From Dendrobates tinctorius (taxonomy: Eukaryota): DNA of 64,000 nt. The position numbers and the translations under genes are program-made. The notes under the pieces were generated by a model. That model saw only the letters and a program-made list of their open reading frames with translations. It had not been told where the DNA came from and made no database searches. Every line of letters begins with the position of its first letter. Within the stretch, counting starts at the first letter, position 1. The DNA is taken from the NCBI RefSeq assembly GCF_039654945.1, contig NW_027361825.1:29698001-29762000 (forward strand), in the 5' to 3' direction. Positions 38,606-52,140 of this stretch are shown in pieces.

Positions 38606-39235
38606 ATACAGTAGCTCTGCTTTCTTAGCGTTGCTGAATATGTTTTGTCGAATATTTGGGTCTGTGGTACCTAATGTTCATATTGTGCAGATGATGCTCA
38701 CTTTTTATGTTTTTCTTATATCTCTGGTTATTTCTTATACATTGAGTGGGATTGTCAATAAATCAAGATAAACTTTTTAACAAGTTGTCAAACAAAGTTT
38801 AACTTTTTGAGAAGAGTATAATACAGAAACTCATACTTTTCTTACATAAAAAAATATAATTTTATTCAGCAGAAAACCAAAATAGAAATAAATCCAATAA
38901 CTTAAATTAAGAATTATATATGTAATTAAATAAATATTAATAAATATATATATTTCAAATTCTAAAAACATTTCTAGAGTATTCAGGTTTAAGAAAGTTC
39001 ATAGAGGGATATTCTTCTGGATTCTGAGGTCGTATTTTGAAGCTCCTCGACAGGTGGCTGAAAATCCACTTGTAGTGTTAACTTATTGGTTTTTTCTTGT
39101 ATTTTCTTAACCAGTTCTTCACAATGATCATGAATCATTGGAGGAAGGGAAATATTGGTGATTTGCATAGGAGTTGTTTCCACATTTGAGGAACATATTG
39201 TAGATTTATGTTTTTCATTTGAAGCTTCTTTGTAG

Positions 39236-40902
39236 TTACTTCCCAAGAGCCCAGCACCCAATATCTTCCACGACTAATGGGATGAGACTGTGTAACACAG
39301 CCTCCTGGAGACATTGTCGAGATGCCTACAAAATAATATGTAATGTGATTAATATGCATGTTGAAAATTCACCAGTAACAACAAATATTGTCTTTCTGTT
39401 ATCTCCTCTGTCTGCCTTCTATGGGTTTTTTTTCTTCCTTTTTGTCTTGTCTATGTAGAACAGATTATTGTAAAAATGATCCTCTCTAGACATGAGCAGG
39501 ACCTCATTGACTGTTTATGTACAGGGTCACTTATCTACTCCAGTATGGAGGACAGGATCACACATCTACTTGTTACCGAAAGAAACTTACCTCTTCTATA
39601 AAGTGGTGGAGATGGTGAAGCCATGGCTTCAGCTTCTCGGAAGGTGTTTTACTGTGTCCTGGTGATTCTCTCTGATTACAAGATATACAAGATGGTTATA
39701 AGTTATAGGTATTTGTACAAAAACAAAAAAGCATGTACTACGAAAATAATAAATATAAAGAGGGGACCATATGGACTTACACAGAGCAGAAGATCATCTC
39801 TGATTTTGAGGAACATCCCGAGTGACTGTGATGCCAGGTCGGGTACAGCAGATGTGGACAGATTTGCCAGAACTTCTGTAGTTATTGTAACTCGCTCCAA
39901 GGTCAAAATCAGACGATCACCGGCCTGAAGAAAGAAATAAGAAAAATATGTGTCGAACAATGGTTCCTCAAGTATATTAGGATGTAAGAACATTTTATTT
40001 CACAGAACGTTTATAAAAGAAAGTGGTGTACACTACAATAGAAGATAATGCCAGATATGTACTTACCATTAGGTCACATACAGATGGCTTGTGTCTCATC
40101 ATTCTTCTGTAGCATTTGATTGCACTGTTTGACATGTTCTTCTCCTGTGGACAGATTGAGCAGAATTTGTTGAAGCTTTAAATAATATTAAGTACACTGA
40201 ATTTAAATAAAGTCATCCAGAATATCTTTCTATATAGTGTGGCAGAAGTCAGGAACCCACCATGAATGCTTTTTCTCATCATTGACTAGACAAATGTCAG
40301 TACCAATTACTTAATTTAACCTACCCTACCACAATATTAAAAACCTTCATATATTATAAATTTTTAATTGAAAAGAGGAGATCAATTTCTTTAAAGATTT
40401 GTATTGCAAGGTGCCTATCTTCACAATCAACAGTCCCATTAGGGCTTGCGTCCAAACTCCACTGCAAAACAGGATTCGAATGTCTTCACCAATTATAGAC
40501 TAAAATGGTGTCGGAAGAGCGAATATGAGCTCTATAGTGCATAATTTGTGGATGTATACACCTACTGGAGGTGGATAGTCATACATAGTAGACTATGTCT
40601 GGGTGTCCGCTGCTCGCTTTGAGGAGGTATTCAAACGCATGCCCCAAAGCGACCCATGATCGTGAAGATAAGCACAAAGTAAAAGCACCCTTAGTTTCTG
40701 ACTTCTGACTCTATAGATGTAAAACTATAAAAAAATAATATAAAACAATTTCCCTCCTTACATGTTCATTCTGCAGTTGCTTGATGACCCTGATGTCAGC
40801 GGAAGATACTGATTGATGTCTGGACATGGGGCAGCGTCTCTTGTGTGGATGTCCAGTCACTGCTACAAGAACAATGCTGAAGATCACCAATCTGAAGTCC
40901 AT
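39236..40902 (-). CDS. ifnl: IFN-lambda copy A4, intact, 177 aa
   Basis: Exons 40902-40762, 40144-40067, 39924-39781, 39671-39591, 39325-39236; canonical splice sites, no stops. Confidence 0.92.
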
Positions 40903-42906
40903 GGCTAAAGTATTTGTGGAGACCTGGAGAATTTATTCTCTTCCTATGAATCTGTGTATACAATAATAAAACATAGAACATGATTCTTGCACATAAACTC
41001 ATCATGCAAATGTCCTCTTCTACATATACGAAAAAAAAAAAAGACAATACTTAAAGATATGCACATATCATATATTATATTCCCCTGACAAAGCTGTGCG
41101 CGTCACAGGCTCACAGCGATATGCATGGGGCCCTTTTTGGCATCCCCTATGATTGATACAGGACCCCTCCTGGGCTTTTGTATATGTGCCAGCAGGTATA
41201 CTGTCGCAGGGTCCTACTCTGGTATCACACAGAGCGAGAGATGAGTGAACAGTCCCAAGAACCATTATTACATGCAAACCGAAAGGTCCATAAAACAATC
41301 CACAACACAGTGGATAAAATAGTCCAGGAGTACTAGTAATGGGATAAATGCCCCAGGGAATGAGAGTCACAATCCTCCTCTTAGAGATCCATATGGCAAT
41401 CTAGCTCCAGATACATCTCCAGATAGGCTCCACTAGCAGTATTTCTAGGGAAATCCAGGTTTCTCCAAGTCTCTCTGGGGTGCTGGTCGTAGCCTCAGCA
41501 TCCCACATAGGATCTATCTTACTTGTCTCTCTCCTCAGAAGGAGAGAAATATTCTCTTTATACCCACATTTCTGTTACAGGTCATTCTCCACAGGTCAGG
41601 GGGAGGTGGCAGGGGTTCATGTCACATTGTTTGAGAAGTTAATCAATATGCATAGTTTGTCCTTGCTCTGCAGGTCAACAATCCATAGGGAACCACACAA
41701 TAGTCAATCAACATATTATCAGACATTGTTCAATGATCTTGCCTCCCTGTCTTGCAAAGACAGTAGACAATACCCTATAGGAGATGATGTAAGAGGCAAG
41801 CGGCAGCCATTAAAAAATATCAAGAATAAACTTTTAAAACTCAAATGACAGCAGTCTATGGTTCTTCATCTACTGAAAAAAGACGTCAGGATAATTAACA
41901 TTAAATTATGTGTCGTCACATTAGAGGGAATACATAGAATAATGCAGAACAACGAGGCAACACCCCTAAAATCAGTAAAGATATGATCACAGACAGAATG
42001 ATATCCCACACACCAAATCACAACATCATATATAACTTGATCCTCCTTCACTATATGCTTTAACATCGTGCTTCCATGGCATCTCTCTCTTTACTCTGAG
42101 ACTCATACCATGGGCTTCTACTTCTTTGTTCTCTAAAGAAATTCTGCTTTAGCTATTTTGTCATAATGATTTCATATATACTTATTTCTATCAGCTTATA
42201 TTACAACATGTACTTTATTGGTGTATACTTGTTATGGTCCTCCTATATGATCTCCCGGACACATTAAATAGATGGCGCCATATATTGGAGGAATTTACTG
42301 TTTTTTTGGTATTCCCTTGAGTATTACCCTTCGGATTGTACCTTTCTTCTCCATTGGGGGGATTTCTATGCACACATATGGACCTTTTTCCACATATGTA
42401 GTCTAGATGCATATGGTATACATTTCATTAGAAAAATGTATTGTTGGTATAACAGAAATATATATTCTTCGGTAACAACATTGGGGTTCCGGTTACCATG
42501 TTTGTCCTATTGGCTGGATAAATCTACCTTCAAATAATGATCGATGTGCAATGCTGCATATTGAATTGGCATATTATTGCCTGGGGTTTGCTATGATATT
42601 TAGGTATGCATATCTTCATGTGCTGTCTTTTCCTTTTCTCTTATTGCCATTTCCTCTCTCCACATGATATAGCACCATTTTTCTATATGTTACTTGACTG
42701 GTGGTGCATCCTCTCCCCTCCTCCATGCTGTTCTGCATATACACCAAATAAAAGATGCTCACCTGTCCGGTTGACTTGCGTCTCTCTGGTGCTCTCAGCT
42801 CTGTTTCTTGTCTTCCCATGTTTCTCCTTTTATATTTCATTCTCATGGAGAAATTTTCTTTCTATGTTCTGAATTGAAATGACATGAGAAAAGTGTCTAC
42901 AGCTGT

Positions 42907-43240
42907 GGGAAAATCTATCAACTTTCAGTTTCCTTAGTATGTAGGTAGGAATGTAACTTCAGGTAACTGGGAGGAGACTCTTCCACTACTACAGGTGACT
43001 GGAGGAATCCCTGCTGTATACAGAGATATTACATATAACAGCATGAGGAAATTACTGAGTGATGGGAGGATAGATGACATAAACAGTCGAATAATCTGTT
43101 TTACATTGTTAAACGTAATATCTTTGCATATAGTAGGGATTCCTCCAGTCACCTGTAGTAGTGGAGGAGTCTCCTCCCACTTACCTGACGTTATCTTCAT
43201 AGCTACATACTAAAGAAACTGAAAGCTGTAAGGATTTCCC
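42907..43240. promoter_or_regulatory. Palindromic enhancer, unit 4
   Basis: Same structure as unit 1; right-arm IRF site is AGAAACTGAAAG. Confidence 0.75.
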
Positions 43241-46072
43241 ATGACTTCTGTCACTTGAATTCTAATCGCAGAGCGAAGCTTTCTCCACATCCTGAAAATG
43301 AAGAAATTTCTCTCCTGTTACTTTACATTGAAGCAAAAAAGGAGAAACATGAGAATACAAAAGTCAGAGCTCAAAGCAGCAGGTAGACGCAACACAAATG
43401 GGCAGGTGAGCTTCTTCTTCTGGATGCTTGTATAAAATATTAATGCTGTTTACGTCTACATGATAAGTTTATATAAAATAATAATGTTCTATGCATGTAT
43501 ATATCTTACACACTGATCCTTTGGAAGATAAGAAAGTCTCCAGACCAGCCCCAATAAGCCAGCCATGGAAATCAGATTGGTGGTCTTCAGTCTTACTTGC
43601 CGCAGTCACCGGACGTCCACACCGGAGACACTGCCCCATGTCCATATATGAATCAGTATCTTCTGGTAACATGAGGATGATCAAACAACTGCAGAATGAA
43701 CATGTAAGAAGGGAGACTGTTTTATATATTTTTTGTAGATGCACATCTATAGAGTCAGAAGTCAGGGTGCTTTGACATGTGTTTTGTTACAAGTGAAGAA
43801 CCACAACAAGTGTAAAAGACAATTAATCTAATCTTTTCCATTATGTTTTACTTGATAACTTTTGGTGGTACAATTGTAGGTTAAATTGATTAATTGATTA
43901 GTACTACTGTTGATCTGGTACATGATGAGATGATCCATTTATGGTTGGTTCTTGACGTTTTGACTCACTCTATACAGTAGACATCAATTATTACACTGTA
44001 CGGAAGTATATTCTGCATGAGTTAATTTATAATATTCTATATACATGTACAGTACATCTAAAACAAAACCTGCTTTATCTGTCAACAAGAGAAGACCATA
44101 TCCACCAGTGCAATCAAATGTTACAGAAGAATGATGAGACACAAGCCATCTGTATGTGACCTAAAGGTAAATGCAGATCTGTCACTTTATTCCATTACTG
44201 GCCTTGAAATAGTTCTTGAAAGTAAAACCCAACTTACCTAGTCAGATATTTAGATGCACCTAATAGTTCCCTCTTCTTCACTTCTACAGACCAATGACCA
44301 TCTCATTCTGACACTGGAGCGAGTTACTGTAACTACAGAAATTCTGACAAATCTGTCCACATCTGTTGTACGTGACCTGGCATCATAGTCACTCGGGATG
44401 TTCCTCAAAATCAGAGAAGACCTTTTGATCTGTGTAAGTTCATATGGTCCTCCTGTTCATTGACAGCATGGATTGTGCTTTTATGTTTCTTTGCTGATAT
44501 TGGAAATATTGATTCATAACTAATCATTATCTTGCATTTTTCACATTCAGAAAGAATCACTAGGACACAGTAAAACACTTTCTGATGAGCTAAAGCCATG
44601 GCTGCATCATCTCCAGCACTTTATAGAAGAGGTAAGTGTCCTACACTACCGTAATCTACAGATGCACTAATATCATCCCGTCTTTTCTTGAAGGAGGAAA
44701 TACCATAATTGACACTGGACTTGAACAATAGATGAGGGTTAACCTTGACTTGAGCGACCCCATAATGTTCTGAATGGAGACTAAAGTTGATGACATTATA
44801 CAACTGAATATCAACAGAACAAAGATGCAAGAAAGAAGCCAATGTTATATAGTAATAAATAAACCTGATAGAAACTTGCCCTAATTAAATGTGTCTTGGT
44901 TAAATAAAGATATCTTATGAAGAAATCTATTACCTTTACTGAAGCTAAAAACTGGCGAGGCAGGGAAAAGGGTCTTCAGAATGCAGGGTGGATTTCCAGG
45001 TCCTTTCCCAATAATACTCCCCGACACAGGTATATAAAAAGTTACTGGAGCTAAAGGGTGCTACCTCCTAGCATGCCGCCGTCCCGGCCGGTGACTGGTG
45101 CGCAGCTGGAGGTGTATATCGGCAGGCTGTAAGAGTACCAGCCGCCGCTTGCAAAAGCAGGCATGCAAGGTCCAAAAAAGCTGAAGGACCTTGCGTGACG
45201 TCACAGTCACGTGATAGATCATGTGACAGGCAAGAAAGCCCTATGGGGCGCTGATGGGGCCAGAAAGCAATGGCAAATCCTACGCGTTGCGGAATTCACT
45301 GATTCCTTCCTCAGGGATGGCCCCCTAGAGCAAGAGGAACCCTTATATAGCCTCCAGTATATAGCAATGGAGCATTATACTATGCATTAAAAGCAAATAG
45401 CTCAATCTCGCTATTTAAACCGTTTGGGATCAGAGTATTCAATTCAAATATCCATTTACTTTCCACCCTGGACATCTGATGCATAAGATTACCTTTCCTG
45501 ATACTTCTTTTAACTATTTGAATCCCAGTCACTTTAGTGTCCCTTAGGGAGCTCCCATGATGTGTAAGATAATGATTAGAGAGGGGGTGTCCTGTGAATT
45601 TCTTACAAATATTCCGTAAATGTTCCCCAATTCTGACATTTAAGGGACGTATCGTTCGACCTATATATAATTTATCACATGGACATGTGATACAATATAT
45701 CACCCCCTTCGTGTCACAGGTGATAAAATCACGAATCTGAATCTCCATGGATTTATTTATAATAGAGAATTGTTTCTTACTGCCTAATTTTCTGCAAGAT
45801 ACACATTTTTTGCAGGGAAAAAAAGCTAATCCCACCCAAAATAGATATTCTCCTCTTGCAAGTACAGTTAACCATCCTTCTACTTCTAATAACAATCCCA
45901 ATCAATTACCCCCAGACCTCAATGAGGGTCCTCTTCTCACAAAAAATAAACCTAAAACTAAACAAAGCCATTTGCCGTTTTTTCAGGTGGGTCCAAAAAA
46001 ATATGGCAGAGGGGATGTAGGGGCGGGAAATTTACCAAAAAAAAGAATAAACAACAAATACCAGAGGATCAA

Positions 46073-48377
46073 GTGAGCCATTCAGAACAAAAATTTTTTA
46101 ATCTTAGTGACTACAGTTTAAAGGATAATGAGAAAAGATTACTGAGTAAAGGCCTCAAATTTGCAACCAGTGTGGGTTTTAACAAGTTCCAGGCGTTTAT
46201 TGGTATCAAAACTTTTATGAGGAGATTAGCCATAAAAAAATTCTATATGAAAAAAAGAGTGATTTCTAGCGACGTCACGAATCCGTTTGAAAATTATAGA
46301 CCCTTATCAGCATACCGGTCTAAAGAAGAAATCCAATTTCAATCCGATTCAAGAATACTCAGAAGCCTTTGAGGCATTTCAGAATAACGTGATACAGGAT
46401 ATTAGGAGTATATCTGATAAAAGATGCAGAAAATTTAAATATAATTTATCTAGCAGTGAACGTTCAGCTATTAAACGGCTTCAGACAAATCATGCAATTA
46501 CACTAAGACCGGCTGACAAAGGGGGCAGCATAGTAATTTTGAACACTTCTGACTATGAGGAAGAGTCTTTGAGGATACTATCGGATTCACGTACCTATGA
46601 ATTATTGGACAGTGACCCTTCAGAAAGGTACCTTGCAGAAATGCAGGTCCTCATCAAATGTGGTTTCGATAAGGGGTACATTAAGAAAGAGGAATTTGAC
46701 TTTATCAACACCACTCACCCTAGGATACCATATTTTTATTACATCCCAAAGATACATAAGAGTTTGATCAAACCCCCGGGCAGACCAATAATATCGGCTA
46801 TTGGCGGCCTGACGGCTAATCTTTCTAAGTTTGTGGACTACCATTTACAGCAATTAGTCCCTGCCCTTCCAGCCTATTTGAAGGACACTACTCATGTTTT
46901 ACAGGTTTTAAATACTATAGAATGGAAAGATCATTTCATCTTAGGGACTTTAGATATAACTTCCCTTTACACAGTTATTGAACATGAAAAGGGTTGCAAA
47001 TCTGCGGAATTCTTTATGTCAGAGGCTAAAAGCTTTCCCAGCGACCAAATTGCTTTTATTGTCGATTGTATTTATTTTATACTCACCCACAACTATTTTT
47101 ACTATGGAGCGAACTACTACTCCCAGAAGTGGGGGACCGCTATGGGTACCAGATTCGCGCCCAGTTATGCAAATTTGTATGTTGGCAAGTGGGAACATGA
47201 AACCATCTTTCCTGAGGGCAGGCTGCGCGCGAATCTGGTACTCTGGCACCGCTTCATAGATGATATTATTTTTATTTGGTCTGGTGGGCCTACTCTTTTA
47301 ACAGATTTTATTGATGAATTGAATAAAAATTGTTATTTTTTAAAATTTACCGCAACTACTAGTCTCACGGAGATTAACTTTTTAGACTTAAAAATCTTTA
47401 TTGAGGACAACACCATTCAGACACAACTATTTCACAAACCCACTGATTCAAACAATTATATTTCGCTAGAAAGCTGTCATCTCCCAAGTTGGCTTCTTAA
47501 TATTCCAAAGAGCCAATTCATACGGGCTCATAGAAATTGTTCCAAGTCACAGGACTATTTAACTGAGGCTGAAACTCTAATCAAAAAATTTTGTCAAAAA
47601 GGTTATGATACCCAATCCCTGCCAGCAACCAGGGAATATATTGGACATATACCAAGGGAACAATTCCTCAGACATAAAATAAAAAATAAAGAAAATATTA
47701 GTATAGACGAGATTCCTATCATCACCCAGTATAATTCAAATAGTCAAATTCTCAGAAAAATTGTAAATAAACACTGGGGTATTTTGAAGAATGATAAAAT
47801 CATAGGGGAAGTTCTACCAGCCCGCCCTAGGTTTGTCTTTAGAAGGGCAAATAATTTAGGTAACCTGGTAGCCCATTCTATTTCAATATCTAAAAAAGGC
47901 CCCAATTCTCATTCACAACAGCAATTAAAAGGTTTTTTTCCCTGCAAAAAATGTGTATCTTGCAGAAAATTAGGCAGTAAGAAACAATTCTCTATTATAA
48001 ATAAATCCATGGAGATTCAGATTCGTGATTTTATCACCTGTGACACGAAGGGGGTGATATATTGTATCACATGTCCATGTGATAAATTATATATAGGTCG
48101 AACGATACGTCCCTTAAATGTCAGAATTGAGGAACATTTACGGAATATTTGTAAGAAATTCACAGGTCACCCTCTCTCTAATCATTATCTTACACATCAT
48201 GGGAGCTCCCTAAGGGACACTAAAGTGACTGGGATTCAAATAGTTAAAAGAAGTATCAGGAAAGGTAATTTTATCCATCAGATGTCCAGGGTGGAAAGTA
48301 AATGGATATTTGAATTGAATACTCTGATCCCAAATGGTTTAAATAGCGAGATTGAGCTATTTGCTTTTAATGCATAG
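46073..48377 (+). CDS. Penelope reverse transcriptase plus GIY-YIG endonuclease (5'-truncated; one frameshift near 46290)
   Basis: NLS..LSKGLKF, ADKGG, PKIHK..PGRPI, LDITSLYT, GTAMGTRFAPSYANLY, RFIDD, then CxxC..VIYCITC..YIGRT..RIxEH..PNGLN. Confidence 0.93.
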
Positions 48378-48438
48378 TATAATGCTCCATTGCTATATAC
48401 TGGAGGCTATATAAGGGTTCCTCTTGCTCTAGGGGGCC

Positions 48439-48480
48439 ATCCCTGAAGAAGGAATCAGTGAATTCCGCAACGCGTAGGAT
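48439..48480 (+). ncRNA. Minimal type I hammerhead-like motif (GCAA core variant); mirror copy at 45277-45318 on the minus strand
   Basis: ATCC-CTGAAGA-A-GGAAT cagtga ATTCC-GCAA-CGCG-TA-GGAT, 62 nt after the Penelope stop codon. Confidence 0.65.
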
Positions 48481-49064
48481 TTGCCATTGCTTTCTGGCCC
48501 CATCAGCGCCCCATAGGGCTTTCTTGCCTGTCACGTGATCTAGCACGTGACTGTGACGTCACGCAAGGTCCTTCAGCTTTTTTGGACCTTGCAGGCCTGC
48601 TTTTGCAAGCGGCGGCTGGTACTCTTACAGCCTGCCGATATACACCTCCAGCTGCGCGCCAGTCACCGGCCGGGACGGCGGCATGCTAGGAGGTAGCACC
48701 CTTTAGCTCCAGTAACTTTTTATATACCTGTGTAGGGGAGTATTATTGGGAAAGGACCTGGAAATCCACCCTGCATTCTGAAGACCCTTTTCCCTGCCTC
48801 GCCAGTTTTTAGCTTCAGTAAAGGTAATAGATTTCTTCATAAGATATCTTTATTTAACCAAGACACATTTAATTAGCGCAAGTTTCTATCAGGTTTATTT
48901 ATTATTATTATTTTATGGAGACAACTTGAGTGGTGTGTTGTCTTATTACTTGCTGCTTTGTGTTCTGTGGGTGTACGCTTTAGCGCCATTGGTATATACA
49001 TATATTTAATGTTATATAGTGTAGTAGAAATTGTAGGTAATGCGGAATCCATAACAAGCATAAT

Positions 49065-49351
49065 GGGCAGCACGGTGGCTCAGTGGTTAGCGCTGAAGCC
49101 TTGCAGCACTGGAGTTCTGGGCTCGAATCCCACCAAGCACAACATCTGCAAGGAGTTTGTATGTTCTCCCTGTGTTTGCGTGGGTTTCCTCCGGGTACTC
49201 CGGTTTCCTCCCATATTCCAAAGACATACTGATAGGAAATTTAGATTGTGAGCCCCATTGGGGACAGTGATGATAATGTGTGCAAACTGTAAAGCACTGT
49301 GGAATATGTTAGCGTGATATAAAAATAAAGATTATTATTATTATTATTATT
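49065..49351 (+). mobile_element. tRNA-derived V-domain SINE
   Basis: A box TGGCTCAGTGG, B box GGCTCGAATCC, V-domain GGAGTTTGTATGTTCTCCC..GGGTTTCCTCCGGGTACTCCGGTTTCCTCCCA, LINE-like tail ending in (ATT)n. Confidence 0.88.
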
Positions 49352-50415
49352 AATAAACATTTTTCATATCATTTTATAGGAATCCTTGCAATGTCTCCAG
49401 GAAGCAGTGCTACTGAGTCTTATCTCGCTGGTGGTAAAAGTTATTGGATATTGGGCTCATGAGACTAAATATGTAATTTATATTTATTTGAATTCTAGTT
49501 TTCTGTTCTGAAAATTGTAACTTTAATAAAAGCAAATTAATTTACCTATTGAAATTATGCGAAAAAGAAAAGCTCCAATTGAGAAATGGTTAAGAAGTCA
49601 ATGTTAAATTGAGATGATTCCAGAGATTTTGCAGGAGGAGATGTGAGTATGTAAGAAAAAGCAATTCTATGGTGTATGCTGAATTCAAGATGGCAGCCGA
49701 ATAGTGGTTTTGGCAAAGTAGGACTAACCCAGTAAACTACCAAAAGATTCTGCTGTGGGTCTAAGCACTAATGGAATAATTTCCCATAAAATTCCATTCA
49801 GCTCAACTCATCCATTCTCTACATTCTTTCTCTGGAAAACACGTCCCTACATCATCCACACAGTCTCCCCGGCATCTCACTCCTGGGCAGGCATGCTTCT
49901 CTGCCTTGATGAGGTCAGAGCAAAGTAATGCAGTACTTAGGTGCCTGGAAAAGTCAAAGAGCCCCCGCATATTCGCACTGAAGTACTTTACTCTGCTCTA
50001 GTTGGCGTAGTGAGGTATGTGCAGGATCGTGATTCTGGCTAGACTGTGTGAATGAGGTTGGTATGTGTTTTCTCAAAAATCAAGACATGACATCGCAGGA
50101 GGAAGGGAGACGCTCAGGGGTCGGACCAAGAACAGCGACATCCCTCAGACTGGGCAGCTTCACAGGTGAGTATAATAAAAGGTCTTTTGAAAAAAAAAAT
50201 AGAATTAGAAAATGAAATTGCAGAAGTGAGAAAATTCTTTAGGGATACACTTTATGTATCAATAGAAATGAAAAAGAGCATGTTATCAGTAATAATCACC
50301 ATCAGGTCAGTGTTTATGATAAATAATTTTATTCCAATATTTCTATGAAATTAATATGGAAATAGAAAAAATAAAAATATAATAAATATAATACAATAAT
50401 TAGTTTGGAAATGTG

Positions 50416-50458
<43 letters not shown>

Positions 50459-50499
50459 TATCCACCAGACAACGTACTGCTCGACCGACCAATTCGGCC

Positions 50500-52140
50500 A
50501 AGATGAGAAGGCATGTAGAGAGTGACTTCTGTTACTCCTTCGTGACTGTTCAGACTCTGGGCGGTGTCCCCCGGGCTCGGAGCACTCTAGTTTAATGGGT
50601 AATGTTAAAAGGGCCTACCCCGTTATGGGCACTCCCGAGCCATATGTCTAATCTCTCCACAGTTATAACAGGTGCGAGGTCTCTCTCGACGGAACATCCT
50701 TGTCTCTCGGCAAGGTTCGGGGCCATCTCTAACCCCTGGCGGATTCAATGCACCTACTGGCTTCTTCTTTCCATCAGCCAACTCTCCTCGAATATCCTGG
50801 ATTTCTTTCTGCAATTCATCCATCCACTGTGGTTCGGTGATCATGTTTACAGATACCTCTCCACTCTGGACCTTCCCTATCGGGACAGTCATCCCTTGCT
50901 CTTGCGTGCGTGTTCACTGCCTTTCTCTGAAAAGGTCATGCGAAGATTCACCCGCAAACGTTCCCGTAAAGCCTGTTTCGTCAGCATGTCCCAGAAACCT
51001 GTCACTAATTGACCTCGCAGCAATGCGTCAGTGTGCCCTACGCCTATGCCGTCTTTTCTAATGATAGCAGTATGGATCTCTTGAAGAGCGTTCATGTACA
51101 TGGTCCGCATGGGTGTCCTCCAAAATTTGAAGCACCTTGTTATAGGTGTATCACTCTCTGGGGGGTCGTAACATGACTGAATCTCTGGCATCTCTATCAT
51201 GTCATGGGGTGCATCTTCATCATCCCTCTAAGGCGTTCAGTCCAGCTCCATAACATGGTATTACGCCCCATAAGCTTAAGGAGATTGTTCAACGTTGCCC
51301 CCAGAGAGATACTGGACCTAGGGCTCACCCCAACTGCTTATCTGTCTCCTCCGTACTGTTAGACTATGCCAAGTGTAGAATTGCAGGAATATAGAATTAA
51401 AGGGTTTATTACAGGGGATACTCCATGGAGGGAGGTAAAGATTTATGAGGGGTGTAAAAATGAGTATTTTAACAGGGTAAGAATGAATGTTTATGAAATG
51501 GGTAAACTTATCAGTATGATGGCTTCCGGGCAGGAGAAGCTTGAAATCCCACGGTGGCGCAGCAAGTGACATGTGAAGTCTCTGGCCTGATCCTGAAGAA
51601 ATTTGAGGCACTGTCTCCTGACAAAATGGCGTATCCTGAGGTCCTGCATTCCTGGAGCGACGTACATGCGGTGAAGTAGTCTGTGAGACCGCTGAAGTGT
51701 GACTCAGTTCAGCGACGGAAGTGAAGCTACCCGGCTCTGTATGATTCTCTGGGGGAAACTTACGCTGCGCGCACTCGGCAGTCAGCGGAATGGTGCGGGA
51801 CAAGTTCTCGGTGACCTGGGTGAGCGGGCACACAGATTTACATTGCTCACAGTGAGAGTGTGGGCTGGGGAGCTGCAGCACGGGCCTGTACTTGTGCGAC
51901 CCTCCACGGAGAGTGAATGAACCTCCTGCTGCGCACTCTGTCTTCCCGCCAAGTGTCCCACTTTCCTGCGCAGTCTTTTTTATCTCTGTCATGCCCCCTA
52001 CAGTCAAGTGCAAAGGTCCGTCCAGGTCAGAAAGCTTCCCCCCCAGCAACAATGGTGACAGCCCCAATAGTTCCGGAACCGACGCAAGAGGTACCACGGG
52101 CCCGGTCCACCTTCCTACAGTTGATATCCTAACCTTCTAC
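50500..52140 (-). mobile_element. Degenerate LTR-retrotransposon gag remnant
   Basis: CCHC knuckle CYNCGEIRHMAREC in 50892-50623 and a gag-like DALLRGQLVTG fragment upstream; boundaries approximate. Confidence 0.75.

Larger units (their letters stand above)
44854..49007 (+). mobile_element. Penelope-like retroelement with an inverted copy of its 3' end, in B4 intron 4
   Basis: 13-bp TSD AATGTTATATAGT (44841-44853 and 49008-49020); inverted arms 44854-45824 and 47933-48903. Confidence 0.93.
43565..49511 (+). pseudogene. ifnl: IFN-lambda pseudogene B4 (no MITE; Penelope and SINE in intron 4)
   Basis: Exon 1 43565-43703 (139 nt, 2-bp deletion); exon 2 44089-44166 with acceptor CAG>CAA; exon 3 44290-44433 with CAG>TAG; exon 4 44551-44631; exon 5 from 49380 (ESLQCLQEAVLLSLISLVVKVIGYWAH). 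Confidence 0.9.

Noticed and set aside
43491-43775. Upstream ATG restoring the frame in B4 (signal-less interferon)
   Set aside because: The exon-2 acceptor is mutated and exon 3 has an in-frame TAG.
45380-45901. Stand-alone GIY-YIG nuclease gene
   Set aside because: It is the inverted copy of the Penelope 3' end and has no proper start.
49065-49135. tRNA gene
   Set aside because: The A/B boxes continue into a V-domain and an (ATT)n tail, so this is a SINE head.
2500-50000. Array as an assembly artefact
   Set aside because: The units differ by many substitutions and by private insertions with TSDs (Tc1, LTR element, MITE, Penelope); exact copy number still needs read support.
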